Positions 1-9,679 of a stretch of DNA of 64,000 bases are shown one piece after another. The DNA lies in NCBI GenBank assembly GCA_963933835.1, contig CAWVVV010000002.1, positions 64,001 through 128,000 of the forward strand, written 5' to 3'. Position 1 is the first letter of the stretch. The number at the start of each line of letters is the position of its first letter. The notes under the pieces are model-generated. The model was not told the origin of the DNA, ran no database searches, and worked only from the letters and a program-made list of their open reading frames with translations. The position numbers were made by a program, and so were the translations under genes. The stretch comes from an uncultured Puniceicoccaceae bacterium. Lineage in GTDB: Bacteria > Verrucomicrobiota > Verrucomicrobiia > Opitutales > Oceanipulchritudinaceae.

Positions 1-604
1 CACCATCGAGAAGTCCCAGCGCGGCGTAGACCATAATCAAGGTGCCACTTCCCATGCTACGAACGCGATACTTGGAGAGCATAGGAGATAGCTTCTCAAG
101 CACATCAGGCTTGAGAGGAAAATGAATCCCAACAACCCCCTCCTTCTCTGTGAATTCCCTCTCCTTCGGCTGATAGCGGCGCTGATTGATTAAAACGCCT
201 TCACCCTCCCCGCCTTCGATCAAGCGATCGCCTCCGAAGTCATAGACAAAACCATAGATGGGCTCACCATTTTTTATAATCGCAAGGGAGATCGCACAGG
301 CCGGAATGCCGAGTGCAAAATTATTCGTTCCATCAATTGGATCAATGACCCAAGCGTATTTACTTTTTAAGGACAGAACTTCATCCGCGGGATTAGATTC
401 TTCAGAGCAGAAGTCGTCTTTTGCGAAATAGCGCCGGAGCTCGGCAGAGACATTTTCGGATATCGCAAAGTCGGCAAACGTCACGCGGGTGTCATCGACT
501 TTCCACTCACTCGCTACCTGACCGAACTGCTCACGGAAAAATGCGACCTGATTCTTTACAGCGATACGGGCCGCATTAACGCGGTGTTTCAAAGCGGTAT
601 CCAT
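1..604 (-). CDS. Inositol monophosphatase family protein (3' end runs off the window)
   Basis: Manual translation from ATG at 604: MDTALKHRVNAAR...TFADFAISE...CSEE...AWVIDPIDGTNNFALG...RSMGSG. WVIDPIDGT is the IMPase motif. Not in the ORF track because it is partial. Confidence 0.9.
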   Translation of the reverse strand, partial: MDTALKHRVNAARIAVKNQVAFFREQFGQVASEWKVDDTRVTFADFAISENVSAELRRYFAKDDFCSEESNPADEVLSLKSKYAWVIDPIDGTNNFALGIPACAISLAIIKNGEPIYGFVYDFGGDRLIEGGEGEGVLINQRRYQPKEREFTEKEGVVGIHFPLKPDVLEKLSPMLSKYRVRSMGSGTLIMVYAALGLLDG

Positions 605-609
605 CTATT

Positions 610-1776
610 CTAGCGACGAAATTTACCCGGGCGTCGAAAGACTGAACGTTGCTTTCTTTCGGGCGTTTTGCGCTTAGCTTTGGGCGCCTCAACGACAGGC
701 TCGATGTCGATAACAATAGGCTCAGGCTCGGCAACCGCTTCAACCGTTTCGCTCTCAATTTGAGGCGCTGGCGCTGAAGTATTCAACTGGTCTTCAATTT
801 CGACTAACTGTGCCGCTAGGCTGCTGTAGTCTGCTTCAGCCGAAGCCAACGCCTCGCCCAAGGCTTGATTCTCGTCCTTCCACGACAGCTCCTTCTCTTC
901 CCAAAGCGCGAGATCCGCCTCAAGCGTCGCAACCTCTTCCACGAGCTCCGGAGCAGCTTTGGGCTTATCCAGTTTCAGTAGATCGTATTTATCCTGCAAA
1001 ATGCGCCGCTCCTCGACAATCACATCGACGATCTGTTGCAGCCCTTCAATCCTTGTTCGAGCTCGATCAAGCTCCGCCCCAAGAGTCACGTTCGCGGAAA
1101 GCTGTGATTCGAGCTGATTACCCAGCCGCACGACCGCATTTTCAAGCTGCGCAATCTGCTCACTAGGACTTAAAGGTGCGCCAGCTTCGCCAGCGGCCTC
1201 GACCATCCCTTCGGCTAAGACAGAACGAGAACCCTCTGTATTCCAAAATGTGATACGCCACCACCCCGTCCGAAATTCATTCGGTGGGGCCTGCAAATCC
1301 GTAGAGGCAAGCATCTTGCCCTCTTCACCGTAAAACCAAAGTTGAAGCCAGCGCGCGGTCCAACCTTCTTCGCCAATGGATTCTCCTTTGAGTGGAAGTA
1401 AAATTGAGTAGAGATCCTGTTCAAACTCGAGGTCACCGCCCGCTCGTGTCAGCTCTATCGAGCGGTCGCCCAAACCCGTCGCTGCATCATAGACGAGCAC
1501 ATAGTTCAAATCGATCGACACCTCGACATCATCAACAACATCAAAGTAGCGGGCGCGTGAAGCCGCTTCATCGAGATCGACCGCATCAGCATCAATCGCG
1601 ACGCTATAGATGGCGGAAAAGACCATGCCCTCCCGCAGCGTAGGCGCGAGTTCAGCATCAATTTTCGTTAGCTTACCTTCGACCGCATAATCGACCCACG
1701 ACCCTTCCAAAGCGTCCTGCGCGCTCAAGCCCAGAGCGCAGACGAATAAGACCAGGACTGCTCGCAATTTACACAT
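610..1776 (-). CDS. Secreted hypothetical protein with a long coiled-coil and basic C-terminal tail
   Basis: 388 aa ORF with a signal peptide (MCKLRAVLVLFVCALGLSA), a heptad-rich E/L/Q region and a KAKRKTPERKQRSVFRRPGKFRR tail; co-oriented with neighbours. Confidence 0.75.
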   Translation of the reverse strand: MCKLRAVLVLFVCALGLSAQDALEGSWVDYAVEGKLTKIDAELAPTLREGMVFSAIYSVAIDADAVDLDEAASRARYFDVVDDVEVSIDLNYVLVYDAATGLGDRSIELTRAGGDLEFEQDLYSILLPLKGESIGEEGWTARWLQLWFYGEEGKMLASTDLQAPPNEFRTGWWRITFWNTEGSRSVLAEGMVEAAGEAGAPLSPSEQIAQLENAVVRLGNQLESQLSANVTLGAELDRARTRIEGLQQIVDVIVEERRILQDKYDLLKLDKPKAAPELVEEVATLEADLALWEEKELSWKDENQALGEALASAEADYSSLAAQLVEIEDQLNTSAPAPQIESETVEAVAEPEPIVIDIEPVVEAPKAKRKTPERKQRSVFRRPGKFRR

Positions 1777-1791
1777 CTTAGAAGAAACAGG

Positions 1792-2670
1792 CTACTCAGC
1801 GTTTTGGATCTGCTCGCGGATGCGCTCGATCTCGTTTTTCGCTTCAATCACCTGTTTAGTGATCTCAAGGTTATTTGATTTGGATCCGATGGTGTTAAAT
1901 TCCCGAAGAATTTCCTGCAGAATGAATTCCAACTTACGCCCGATAGGCGTCGTTTCATCCTTTTTAATCGTATCCATAAACTGGGACAGATGGCTTTCGA
2001 GACGTGTTTGCTCTTCTGCCACATCACAGCGATCGGCAAATATCGCGATTTCTTTCAAGACGCGCTCGTCACTCAAGTCGATCTCAAGTTCGGTCATACG
2101 CAAGCGAGCCATGAGCTGCTCGCGATAATCCTCAACCCGACGCGGCGCGACTTCGACAATCTTCTTAAGAAGCGACTGCAAGATATCGAGGCGCTGACAC
2201 AGATCGTCAGCAAGCGATTGCCCTTCAGTTGCACGCATTGCGACAAAGCCTCCCAGTGCTTCAGCAAGAGCTTCCTCAATGACTGGTGCTGCTGACTCAG
2301 GGTCGGCGATCGAACTATTCCCCTGTAATGCCAAAATCATCCGCAGGAGGACATCAGCCTGTGGCGGCCATGAGGAGCCTACTTCATCGGCCAATGCACC
2401 AAAACGGCTGAGTGACGCACGCACTTCAGCCTCGTTCCAGGTCAACCCTTTCGATTCACCCGCCGCTTGAACATTTAGCGAGGTGTGAACGCGGCCGCGC
2501 TGGGCTGCTTTCTTCACCGCCTCCACCATTGCAGGTTCGAGCGACGACCACTCTTTCGGGATAGAAAAGGTTGTCTCGAGGTTACGCCGGTTGACCGACT
2601 GTACCTCGACGGTTACGGAATAGCCATCTCCAGAGGCGGTGCCTCGGCCAAAACCAGTCATTGATATCAT
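1792..2670 (-). CDS. yicC: YicC/YloC family endoribonuclease
   Basis: MISMTGFGRG start, SVNRRNLE, GRKLEFILQEILREFNTIGSKS, EIERIREQIQNAE. Confidence 0.95.
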   Translation of the reverse strand: MISMTGFGRGTASGDGYSVTVEVQSVNRRNLETTFSIPKEWSSLEPAMVEAVKKAAQRGRVHTSLNVQAAGESKGLTWNEAEVRASLSRFGALADEVGSSWPPQADVLLRMILALQGNSSIADPESAAPVIEEALAEALGGFVAMRATEGQSLADDLCQRLDILQSLLKKIVEVAPRRVEDYREQLMARLRMTELEIDLSDERVLKEIAIFADRCDVAEEQTRLESHLSQFMDTIKKDETTPIGRKLEFILQEILREFNTIGSKSNNLEITKQVIEAKNEIERIREQIQNAE

Positions 2671-2715
2671 CGTAAAGTGGTACCGCTTGAGAGAGTGTTC
2701 GGGCGAGCGTAAAAA

Positions 2716-3471
2716 CTATCGACTTGAACGATGTTCAGTAGGCGGGAGAACGTTAACGAAGCTTTCCGGAAGCGGGTCCTCCACTTTAAATACTCCTTCG
2801 GGGGCTCCCTCGAGTGGAAACTGCAGTTGAGCGGCATGCAGAAAGAGTCTCTTTTTTCCACTTTCCCGAGCGTAGCGGCGATTGGATGCAAAGTCGCCAT
2901 ACGTGGCATCTCCCAAGATGGGAACCCGGCGCTGAGAGCATTGAATTCGGAGCTGATGCGTACGCCCCGTTTCCGGCTTGAGCTCAAGGAGACTCAATAC
3001 TGGAGGTTTAACCGAAAAACGGAGGGAACGCATTGCAGCCACTGCCGTTGCACCACCCCCTCGTTCAGTCCGAACACGTTCCCCTCGGGTATGATCTGTC
3101 TTTAATCGATCTCTCCAGATATCTTCACGCGTTTTCGTTTTTCCAATTACAATTGCGTAGTAAGTTTTCTTTACCTTTCGCTCGGCAAAAAGTTGCCGAA
3201 GCTCAGCAGCCTGAACCTCCGAGCTGGTCAAAAGGATGACCCCCGAAGTCGGAGCATCAAGGCGATGGAGAAGATGCCAAACAATGCCCTCTCCTTCAAA
3301 GAATTGCATCTTATGATTGTAGGGCAGCTTGAGCAGTGCCTTCGGGTCTACCTTTTCGTCATTCGGGTGCGATCGCACGCCGGATGGCTTGGCTAAAGCG
3401 AGAAGGCCCGATGGATGCGACTTCAGCACCCTGACGCCGCGACCGAGCGGCAGTTGATTACCACTGTTCAC
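2716..3471 (-). CDS. RluA-family pseudouridine synthase
   Basis: KPSG, HRLDAPTSG (catalytic Asp), TGRTHQLR, PILGDATYG, LFLHA. Start placed at GTG 3471, overlapping the upstream stop; the ORF track extends to 3525. Confidence 0.9.
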   Translation of the reverse strand: MNSGNQLPLGRGVRVLKSHPSGLLALAKPSGVRSHPNDEKVDPKALLKLPYNHKMQFFEGEGIVWHLLHRLDAPTSGVILLTSSEVQAAELRQLFAERKVKKTYYAIVIGKTKTREDIWRDRLKTDHTRGERVRTERGGGATAVAAMRSLRFSVKPPVLSLLELKPETGRTHQLRIQCSQRRVPILGDATYGDFASNRRYARESGKKRLFLHAAQLQFPLEGAPEGVFKVEDPLPESFVNVLPPTEHRSSR

Positions 3472-4624
3472 GTTTTGGATAAATAAAGGTGAAGACATAT
3501 TCGGTTTGATCCCCCATCTGCGCAATCATCTCGGGAGTCCACTTGAAGTAAGGGGCCGTTCCCTGAATCGAATCTGTCGCGAGGAACTCCTCAAAGCGAC
3601 TCACGCCAGAGTGCAGGATATTTAACTCCACCAGGGTCCCGTCTCGGTGGATAATAATCTCAAAAGTGATACGCTCGCCGGTGTAGGAGAGGGAACGATT
3701 CGCGTTTGCCAAGAGCGTGTTCCACTTCTGCTCGATCACCTCACGCACGCGCTCCCAATAAACGCTGAACTCGCTGTATCGAGCTTTCCATGAGGTGCGA
3801 CCGATGCGTTGGACACCGAGCTCAGACTGTCGCAGCGGGCTGTGTGCATTATCCAGAGCGAGGCGAGGCGTTTCGCGGCGTTCCTGTGCGTTGGACGGCT
3901 GGCTCTGTGGGCGCGGTGGAGAGAATTCAAAGGACTGACCGGTACCGTCGAGATCGCTTGTTATCTCCGTCGGCTGGAGGTCTTCGACCGGCTCAGTCTC
4001 CTCGACGAGCTCGATATTCTCGTCTGGATTTTCGCGGGCGAAGAGGCCTTCGGCTGCCTCCGGCTCTAAATCCAATGCCTCCGGCGGTGGCACCTCTTGC
4101 AAGTTCGCTGGTGCCGGCATCTGTGGTTGCGCAGGTTCTAGGGCGGGGCTTTGCGGTGAGGGCGGCGGTGCGACTGGCTCTGAAGACTGGAACGGGTTGC
4201 CCTGCACGAGTTGAATCGCGTTCGGCATATCACCGGCCATCGCGGGCGATTCATCTGCCGAGAGGGCGGTGACCCCTTCCTGTGCAGCGATTTGATCGCG
4301 GTCGGCAATGTTCAGAGTCTCGGGCGGAATACCGTCGATACCATCTGGCGCAGCGCGCACATAGCTCTCTTCCGGGTTTTCTTCCAATCGAGGCAACAAC
4401 TGCAGAGTCAATGTTTCAGCCGGAGGAACCCCGACCGACTTGACCTTGGGTAGACTGAGGGGAAGCACCGCCTGAGAAAGAAAACCTACAAAAACGATTG
4501 CGACGGCGGCGAGAATGGAGGCATCCCGATCCATCGGCTCGTCACGCAAAAGTTCCATCGCCGAGCCTGCTCTACTGGGATCAGCAGGGAAAGATTGGGG
4601 TTGGGATGGGGGCGAAGCGGACAT
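3458..4624 (-). CDS. TonB/TolA-like protein (single TM, Pro/Glu-rich linker, TonB-C-like domain)
   Basis: N-terminal hydrophobic helix, long P/E/Q-rich linker, C-terminal YWERVREVIEQKWN...IIIHRDGTLVELNILHSG...SIQGTAPY. Confidence 0.65.
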   Translation of the reverse strand: MSASPPSQPQSFPADPSRAGSAMELLRDEPMDRDASILAAVAIVFVGFLSQAVLPLSLPKVKSVGVPPAETLTLQLLPRLEENPEESYVRAAPDGIDGIPPETLNIADRDQIAAQEGVTALSADESPAMAGDMPNAIQLVQGNPFQSSEPVAPPPSPQSPALEPAQPQMPAPANLQEVPPPEALDLEPEAAEGLFARENPDENIELVEETEPVEDLQPTEITSDLDGTGQSFEFSPPRPQSQPSNAQERRETPRLALDNAHSPLRQSELGVQRIGRTSWKARYSEFSVYWERVREVIEQKWNTLLANANRSLSYTGERITFEIIIHRDGTLVELNILHSGVSRFEEFLATDSIQGTAPYFKWTPEMIAQMGDQTEYVFTFIYPKREQW

Positions 4625-4635
4625 GAGGGCGGCAG

Positions 4636-5262
4636 CTAAATTGCCTTGTGACGTGTAAGGCGCTTCGCCCAGCCGAGGCGTTCAAAAGTCGCGGCGAGGC
4701 ATTCGGTCGGCAGCCCCATAATATTGTCCACTGAGCCCTCCCAGTGATCGAGGATTAGGTCCCGCCCGGCCTCATGCTGGATACCATAAGCGCCAGCCTT
4801 ATCGAGCGGATCGACGATTTCGAAATAACGCTCGGCCACCGCAGCATCGAAAGCCTTGAAAACAACCCGACTCGTCTCGACGAAGTTCTCCTCTACACCC
4901 TGCTCACGCCATTGCAGCGAAACCGCCGTGTGCACGACGTGGGTCTGCCCCGCGAGCCGTAGAAGCATCGAGCAGGCCTCGGCCAAATCGGCCGGCTTAT
5001 GGAGCAACTCATCCCCCAGCGCCACAACTGTATCCGATCCGAGGACAGGTTGGGCAGGCCGCCGCTCCGCTGCCCAGCCAGCCTTCAGGCGAGCATTGTG
5101 CAAGACGACTTCGGTCGGACCCTCGTCAGTCGCGTTCCATTCATCGACATCAGCGGGTAATAGATCAGCGGCATAACCCATCTCCGTAATGAGATCGCGC
5201 CGCCGCGGGGAACCTGAAGCAAGGACAAGACGCACTTGCGAAACCGTTATAGGTCCACTCAT
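4636..5262 (-). CDS. maf: Maf-family nucleoside triphosphate pyrophosphatase
   Basis: LVLASGSPRRRDL, GSDTVV, KPAD, DKAGAYGIQ, NIMGLP. Confidence 0.93.
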   Translation of the reverse strand: MSGPITVSQVRLVLASGSPRRRDLITEMGYAADLLPADVDEWNATDEGPTEVVLHNARLKAGWAAERRPAQPVLGSDTVVALGDELLHKPADLAEACSMLLRLAGQTHVVHTAVSLQWREQGVEENFVETSRVVFKAFDAAVAERYFEIVDPLDKAGAYGIQHEAGRDLILDHWEGSVDNIMGLPTECLAATFERLGWAKRLTRHKAI

Positions 5263-6563
5263 CGAACCAACGAAAGAACATCACCCTCAGCGCGAGCGAG
5301 CGCGAGGCGAGTGAGCTGATATTGATACTCGGCCGCAACGAGACCATCTTCGGCGGTGGCCAAACTGGCCTGTGCTTCGACAACTTCGCTGTTGTTTGCG
5401 ACACCCTCTTCAAAGCGATTTTGGGCAAGCTCGAGTTCTAGCTCAGCGAGAGTTACCTGCCGACGGGCTAGCGCTATGCTTTTTACGGCCGTGGCGACTT
5501 GATTGATCGCGACGCGATATTCTGCCTCAATTTGCTTCTCGATCGAAGCAAGCGCGATCGTCTGGCCTCGGACCGCACTCGCCGCTTCAGCTTGATTCGC
5601 ATCGAGGCGGAAACCTTCGAAGATCGGCACCGAGACGGTCACGCCAACAGACCAGATTTCTTCAAAGGGGTCGTCGAAAACATCTGCCGCTCGGCCATAG
5701 GCGCCACTCAGCTCTACACTAGGTAACCACTGGTAATCGGCCGCCTTCTTGGCTAAGCGGTTACGCTCGAGGCGGCGCGTTTCTGTAACCACTTCTGGGC
5801 GACTCTGGAGCACGCGCTCAAAACGACCGTAGTCAAAATCGAGCAGAGCGCTCATATCCAAATCCACCGCAGCAAGTTCTAAGGGCCGGTCAAAATCCAA
5901 ATCGAGGGCACGCTTGAAGTTTGTTTCAGACTGGAAGATTTGAGTTTCGAGCTGGATCAAGCTGAGTTCACTAGCAGCTAGCCTGACCTCGGCGCGGGTG
6001 GCATCGAGCTGAGTTGCTGAACCTGCTTCGAGGCGGCGGGAAGCGATATCAAAGAGTGTCTGGTCGCGTTCGATCTGAGAGCGTATGGCAGCCGCCTGAC
6101 GCAAGTTGCGCTGGTGGTCGAAAAAAAGTTGTGCGATCGCCTGGCGGATGTCTTCGGCGGTCTGGTCGAGTTCGAGGCGCGCGATCTCGGTGTTAAACTT
6201 CGCCACCCGATAATCTGAATGGGTGTTAAAATCGAAAATTGAAAGCCGCGCACGAAGAAGGGCAGAGAAGCTATTGACGGTGGCTACGCTAGTCCCGCTT
6301 CCGAAATTAAAGTAGTTCTGTGACCTCGTCTGCGACGCATCCGCTGTCACCTGAGGAAGCAAATCCGCCCGCGCGCGACGCTGGGCCTGTACCGAAGTCT
6401 CGATCTGCTCCGCGCTGAGCAAGAGGTCGAAGTTTGCCTTCGGCGCTCGCTGAAGAGCATCCTCAAGGGTGTATCGCTGAACTCCTTGCCCGAAAACAGC
6501 CGGGGCCATGGGCGACAAGTAGAGAACGATAATGGCGGCAGTTCTGAGCTGGGATCTCATCAA
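5259..6563 (-). CDS. TolC-family outer membrane efflux protein
   Basis: Signal peptide and two OEP repeats (ARADLLPQV; ADYQWLPSV; VSVPIFEG; RFEEGVANNSEVVEAQ). Confidence 0.9.
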   Translation of the reverse strand: MMRSQLRTAAIIVLYLSPMAPAVFGQGVQRYTLEDALQRAPKANFDLLLSAEQIETSVQAQRRARADLLPQVTADASQTRSQNYFNFGSGTSVATVNSFSALLRARLSIFDFNTHSDYRVAKFNTEIARLELDQTAEDIRQAIAQLFFDHQRNLRQAAAIRSQIERDQTLFDIASRRLEAGSATQLDATRAEVRLAASELSLIQLETQIFQSETNFKRALDLDFDRPLELAAVDLDMSALLDFDYGRFERVLQSRPEVVTETRRLERNRLAKKAADYQWLPSVELSGAYGRAADVFDDPFEEIWSVGVTVSVPIFEGFRLDANQAEAASAVRGQTIALASIEKQIEAEYRVAINQVATAVKSIALARRQVTLAELELELAQNRFEEGVANNSEVVEAQASLATAEDGLVAAEYQYQLTRLALARAEGDVLSLVR

Positions 6564-6695
6564 TCAAAAATCAAAGAGCGGATAATGTGCTCACCCGCTA
6601 GGGTGAACAAGGCTGAAGGGAGCTCTTTCAATCGCAAGCCTGCGAAGAAATATTTCCCCTTGCGGACCCGTTGGCATGAAAAGAGTTTAGGTGTC

Positions 6696-7679
6696 TTGAA
6701 TCTGACGAACAGTCTTACCTACCGAGCCTACGGAAGCCCTGCAGACGTCCTTCATCTAGAAGAAAATGCGCTCCCGGCTATCGGAGCCACCGAGGTCAAA
6801 CTCCGCATGCTCGCCGCACCGATCAACCCCTCGGACTATGGCATGATCCTAGGAAAATATGGTGAGAACAAAGCGCTCCCAGCCATTGGCGGACGCGAAG
6901 GGGTCGGTGAAGTGATCGAGGTTGGAGACGAAGTTTCAACGCTCACAGTCGGTTCGCGCGTCATTTTTCCTGGCGAAGCTGGAACCTGGCAGACCGCCGC
7001 TGTCGTGCCGGCAGCTGGTCTTCGACAAGTCCCAGCAGATCTCTCGATCGAATTCGCCGCAACGACGATGGTAAACCCGCCAACAGCGTGGCGTATTCTC
7101 CGCGACGCAAACTTACCAAAAGGTTCGTGGGTGATTCAAAACGCGGCCAATTCCGCCGTCGGGCTCAATGTGGTCCAGATGGCACGTCACCTCGAGCTCC
7201 GGACCCTGAATGTTGTTCGCAACGAAAAGTGGATCGGCCCTCTCAAAGAACTCGGTGGCGATGTCGTCGTGACCGAAGAGAGTGGCTTTGTGAAGGATCT
7301 TTCTAGTCTGCTCGGAAACGAGCGGCCTATCCTCGCAATCAACTCCATCGGTGGAGAGAGTGCACTTCGCCAGCTCAAGAGCCTTGGAGCCGGCGGCACT
7401 CAAGTCACGATCGGAGCAATGACCTTTGATGCCATTCGCTTCCCCACCCGGCAGCTCATTTTCAACGACATCACCCTCAAGGGTTTTTGGATGGATCGCT
7501 GGTATCGGGATAATCTCGACACGCGTGTCCAGATCATGTTCGACAGTCTTTTCAACCTGGCAAAAGAGGGCATCATCGACACACACGTCGCAGCCAAGTA
7601 TCCACTTTCAGACTACAAAATAGCTCTCGAGGAAAATGACGAAACACGCCTCGGAAAAGTGCTTTTCGTCGGCAGCTAG
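6696..7679 (+). CDS. 2-enoyl thioester reductase (MDR superfamily, MECR/ETR-like)
   Basis: LAAPINPSD, GGREGVGEV, VNPPTAWRIL, QNAANSAVG, GKVLF. Start TTG 6696 chosen because the ORF-track start at 6486 overlaps tolC. Confidence 0.88.
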   Translation: MNLTNSLTYRAYGSPADVLHLEENALPAIGATEVKLRMLAAPINPSDYGMILGKYGENKALPAIGGREGVGEVIEVGDEVSTLTVGSRVIFPGEAGTWQTAAVVPAAGLRQVPADLSIEFAATTMVNPPTAWRILRDANLPKGSWVIQNAANSAVGLNVVQMARHLELRTLNVVRNEKWIGPLKELGGDVVVTEESGFVKDLSSLLGNERPILAINSIGGESALRQLKSLGAGGTQVTIGAMTFDAIRFPTRQLIFNDITLKGFWMDRWYRDNLDTRVQIMFDSLFNLAKEGIIDTHVAAKYPLSDYKIALEENDETRLGKVLFVGS

Positions 7680-7708
7680 TCTCCATCAGGCACGAAGGTT
7701 AAGCCCGA

Positions 7709-8686
7709 CTAGATAAGTCCTGGCTTCAACTTGCGCGCAGCCAAGAAAGCTTCTGGGTCAGCCACCCAATGCTTGGGGCTTGCTTCGCTGAGCGGAGTAC
7801 TTGGTGGCTCTGGAGTGCCTTTACGGTGGATCGGCGACGGTGGATCGCCTTCTAGAACGAGGCGTTTTCGACTGCGCTCAGTTGCTGGGTCAGCGACAGG
7901 GATCGCGCTGATAAGGGCCTGCGTATACGGGTGTAGTGGGTTTCCCATGACTTCAGTTGCATCGCCAAGTTCGACAATGCGACCAAGATACATCACGGCG
8001 ATGCGGTCAGCGAGGTATTTGACGACTGAGAGATCATGGGAAATAAAGAGCATCGTCAGATCTCGCTGCGCGACGAGCTCGCTCAAAAGATTGAGTATCT
8101 GCGACTGAATCGAGACGTCGAGGGCCGAGACTGGTTCGTCCGCAACAATGAGTTTCGGTTCAGGTGCGAGGGCGCGGGCAATCGCAACGCGTTGGCGCTG
8201 GCCTCCAGAGAACTCGTGCGGATACTTCCGCATCTGAAATGGGTTTAGCCCAACTGTGCGCATGAGCTCAGCGACGCGCTGCCGCATTGCTTCACCTTTG
8301 CATGGATGACGTAACGCCACTGCCTCCGCGAGCGTATCCAATACTGTCATACGCGGGTTGAGCGAAGCGTAGGGATCTTGGAAGATCATTTGAAATTCAG
8401 GACGCGCTGCACGCAATTGTTCACGCGACAAAGCGCCGAGGTCTTTGCCCTCAAAAAGCACCCGTCCGCTCGTCGCTTTTTCTAGCTGGAGTAAGGTCCG
8501 CGAGAGGGTCGACTTACCGCAGCCGGACTCACCGACGAGACCAAGAATCTCACCTTCCTGAATCTGCAGTGAAACGCCGTCGACCGCTCGGACTTCAGCG
8601 ACCGTTTTACGGAGCAGGGTTCCCTCCTTGATCGGAAAGACCTTGCGAAGATTCTCTAGTTCGAGAAGCGGAGCAGGTTCAGCCAC
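7709..8686 (-). CDS. oppF: Oligopeptide ABC transporter ATP-binding protein
   Basis: [48 protein letters not shown] 8686 overlaps the oppD stop. Confidence 0.92.
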   Translation of the reverse strand: MAEPAPLLELENLRKVFPIKEGTLLRKTVAEVRAVDGVSLQIQEGEILGLVGESGCGKSTLSRTLLQLEKATSGRVLFEGKDLGALSREQLRAARPEFQMIFQDPYASLNPRMTVLDTLAEAVALRHPCKGEAMRQRVAELMRTVGLNPFQMRKYPHEFSGGQRQRVAIARALAPEPKLIVADEPVSALDVSIQSQILNLLSELVAQRDLTMLFISHDLSVVKYLADRIAVMYLGRIVELGDATEVMGNPLHPYTQALISAIPVADPATERSRKRLVLEGDPPSPIHRKGTPEPPSTPLSEASPKHWVADPEAFLAARKLKPGLI

Positions 8687-9674
8687 GTGCAACCTCCATT
8701 CCTTTTGAGAGCACAACATCAGAGGAGCGCGCCCAATGCGTCGGCGAATGTTGCACAAGCGGCGGACGTTCTTCGAGCCAGCGCCCGCCATTGCTTAATC
8801 CTTCACGAAGCGCGAAAGGATCGCCCAAAATCGGTTTCGAGACATCCGGAGGCAATCCCGGCAGGGCATAGAGCCGTTGTCCCTTTTCTCCCCGAGACGG
8901 AATCGAACGCTGAAGGGCGATCGTGTAGGGATGCTGCGGATTTTCGAATATCTCATCAACTGTTCCCATTTCCATCACTTGCCCTGCATACATGACGAGA
9001 ACGCGATCACATCTGCCCGCGACGACTCCAAGATCATGCGTAATCAAAAGCATCGCAGCATTCTTTGCCTGTTGCCGGGCCTGAAGGAGGTCGAGGATCT
9101 GGGCCTGTACCGTCACGTCGAGAGCCGTCGTTGGCTCATCAGCAATAATGAGCTCAGGGTCTGAGATCAGAGTCATTGCAATCATGACGCGCTGACGCAT
9201 CCCGCCAGAGAACTGGTGTGGGTAAAAATGGATACGTTGAGCGGCTTCAGTCACGCCCACATTTTCGAGGGCCTCAACCCCACGCTCCCAAGCCTCCTTT
9301 TTTCCTAATCCTTGATGGATTCGCAGCGGCTCCACTAGTTGCATCCCTACTTTCAAATACGGATTCAGCGAGGTCATCGGATCCTGAAAGATCATCCCAA
9401 TTCGGCGACCTCGGATCGAACGAAAGGAAGCTTCGGATAAGGATAGGAGGTCAACCCCATCAAACTCGGCCGTGCCGGATTCGATGCGCCCAACTGGCTT
9501 GGGAACGAGCCCTAGGAGCGCCCGGCCAGTGACAGACTTCCCCGAGCCAGACTCACCCACGATCCCAAGCGTCTCGCCTCGCTCCAAGGCGAACGAAACC
9601 TCTTCAACGGCACGCACCACACCATCACGGGTGTGAAAGCGAACGCTGAGGTCTTTGACGTCGAGGAGTGGCAT
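8679..9674 (-). CDS. oppD: Oligopeptide ABC transporter ATP-binding protein
   Basis: GESGSGKS, FQDPMTSLNP, FSGGMRQR, DEPTTALDVTVQAQIL. Confidence 0.93.
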   Translation of the reverse strand: MPLLDVKDLSVRFHTRDGVVRAVEEVSFALERGETLGIVGESGSGKSVTGRALLGLVPKPVGRIESGTAEFDGVDLLSLSEASFRSIRGRRIGMIFQDPMTSLNPYLKVGMQLVEPLRIHQGLGKKEAWERGVEALENVGVTEAAQRIHFYPHQFSGGMRQRVMIAMTLISDPELIIADEPTTALDVTVQAQILDLLQARQQAKNAAMLLITHDLGVVAGRCDRVLVMYAGQVMEMGTVDEIFENPQHPYTIALQRSIPSRGEKGQRLYALPGLPPDVSKPILGDPFALREGLSNGGRWLEERPPLVQHSPTHWARSSDVVLSKGMEVARG

Positions 9675-9679
9675 GAGGG

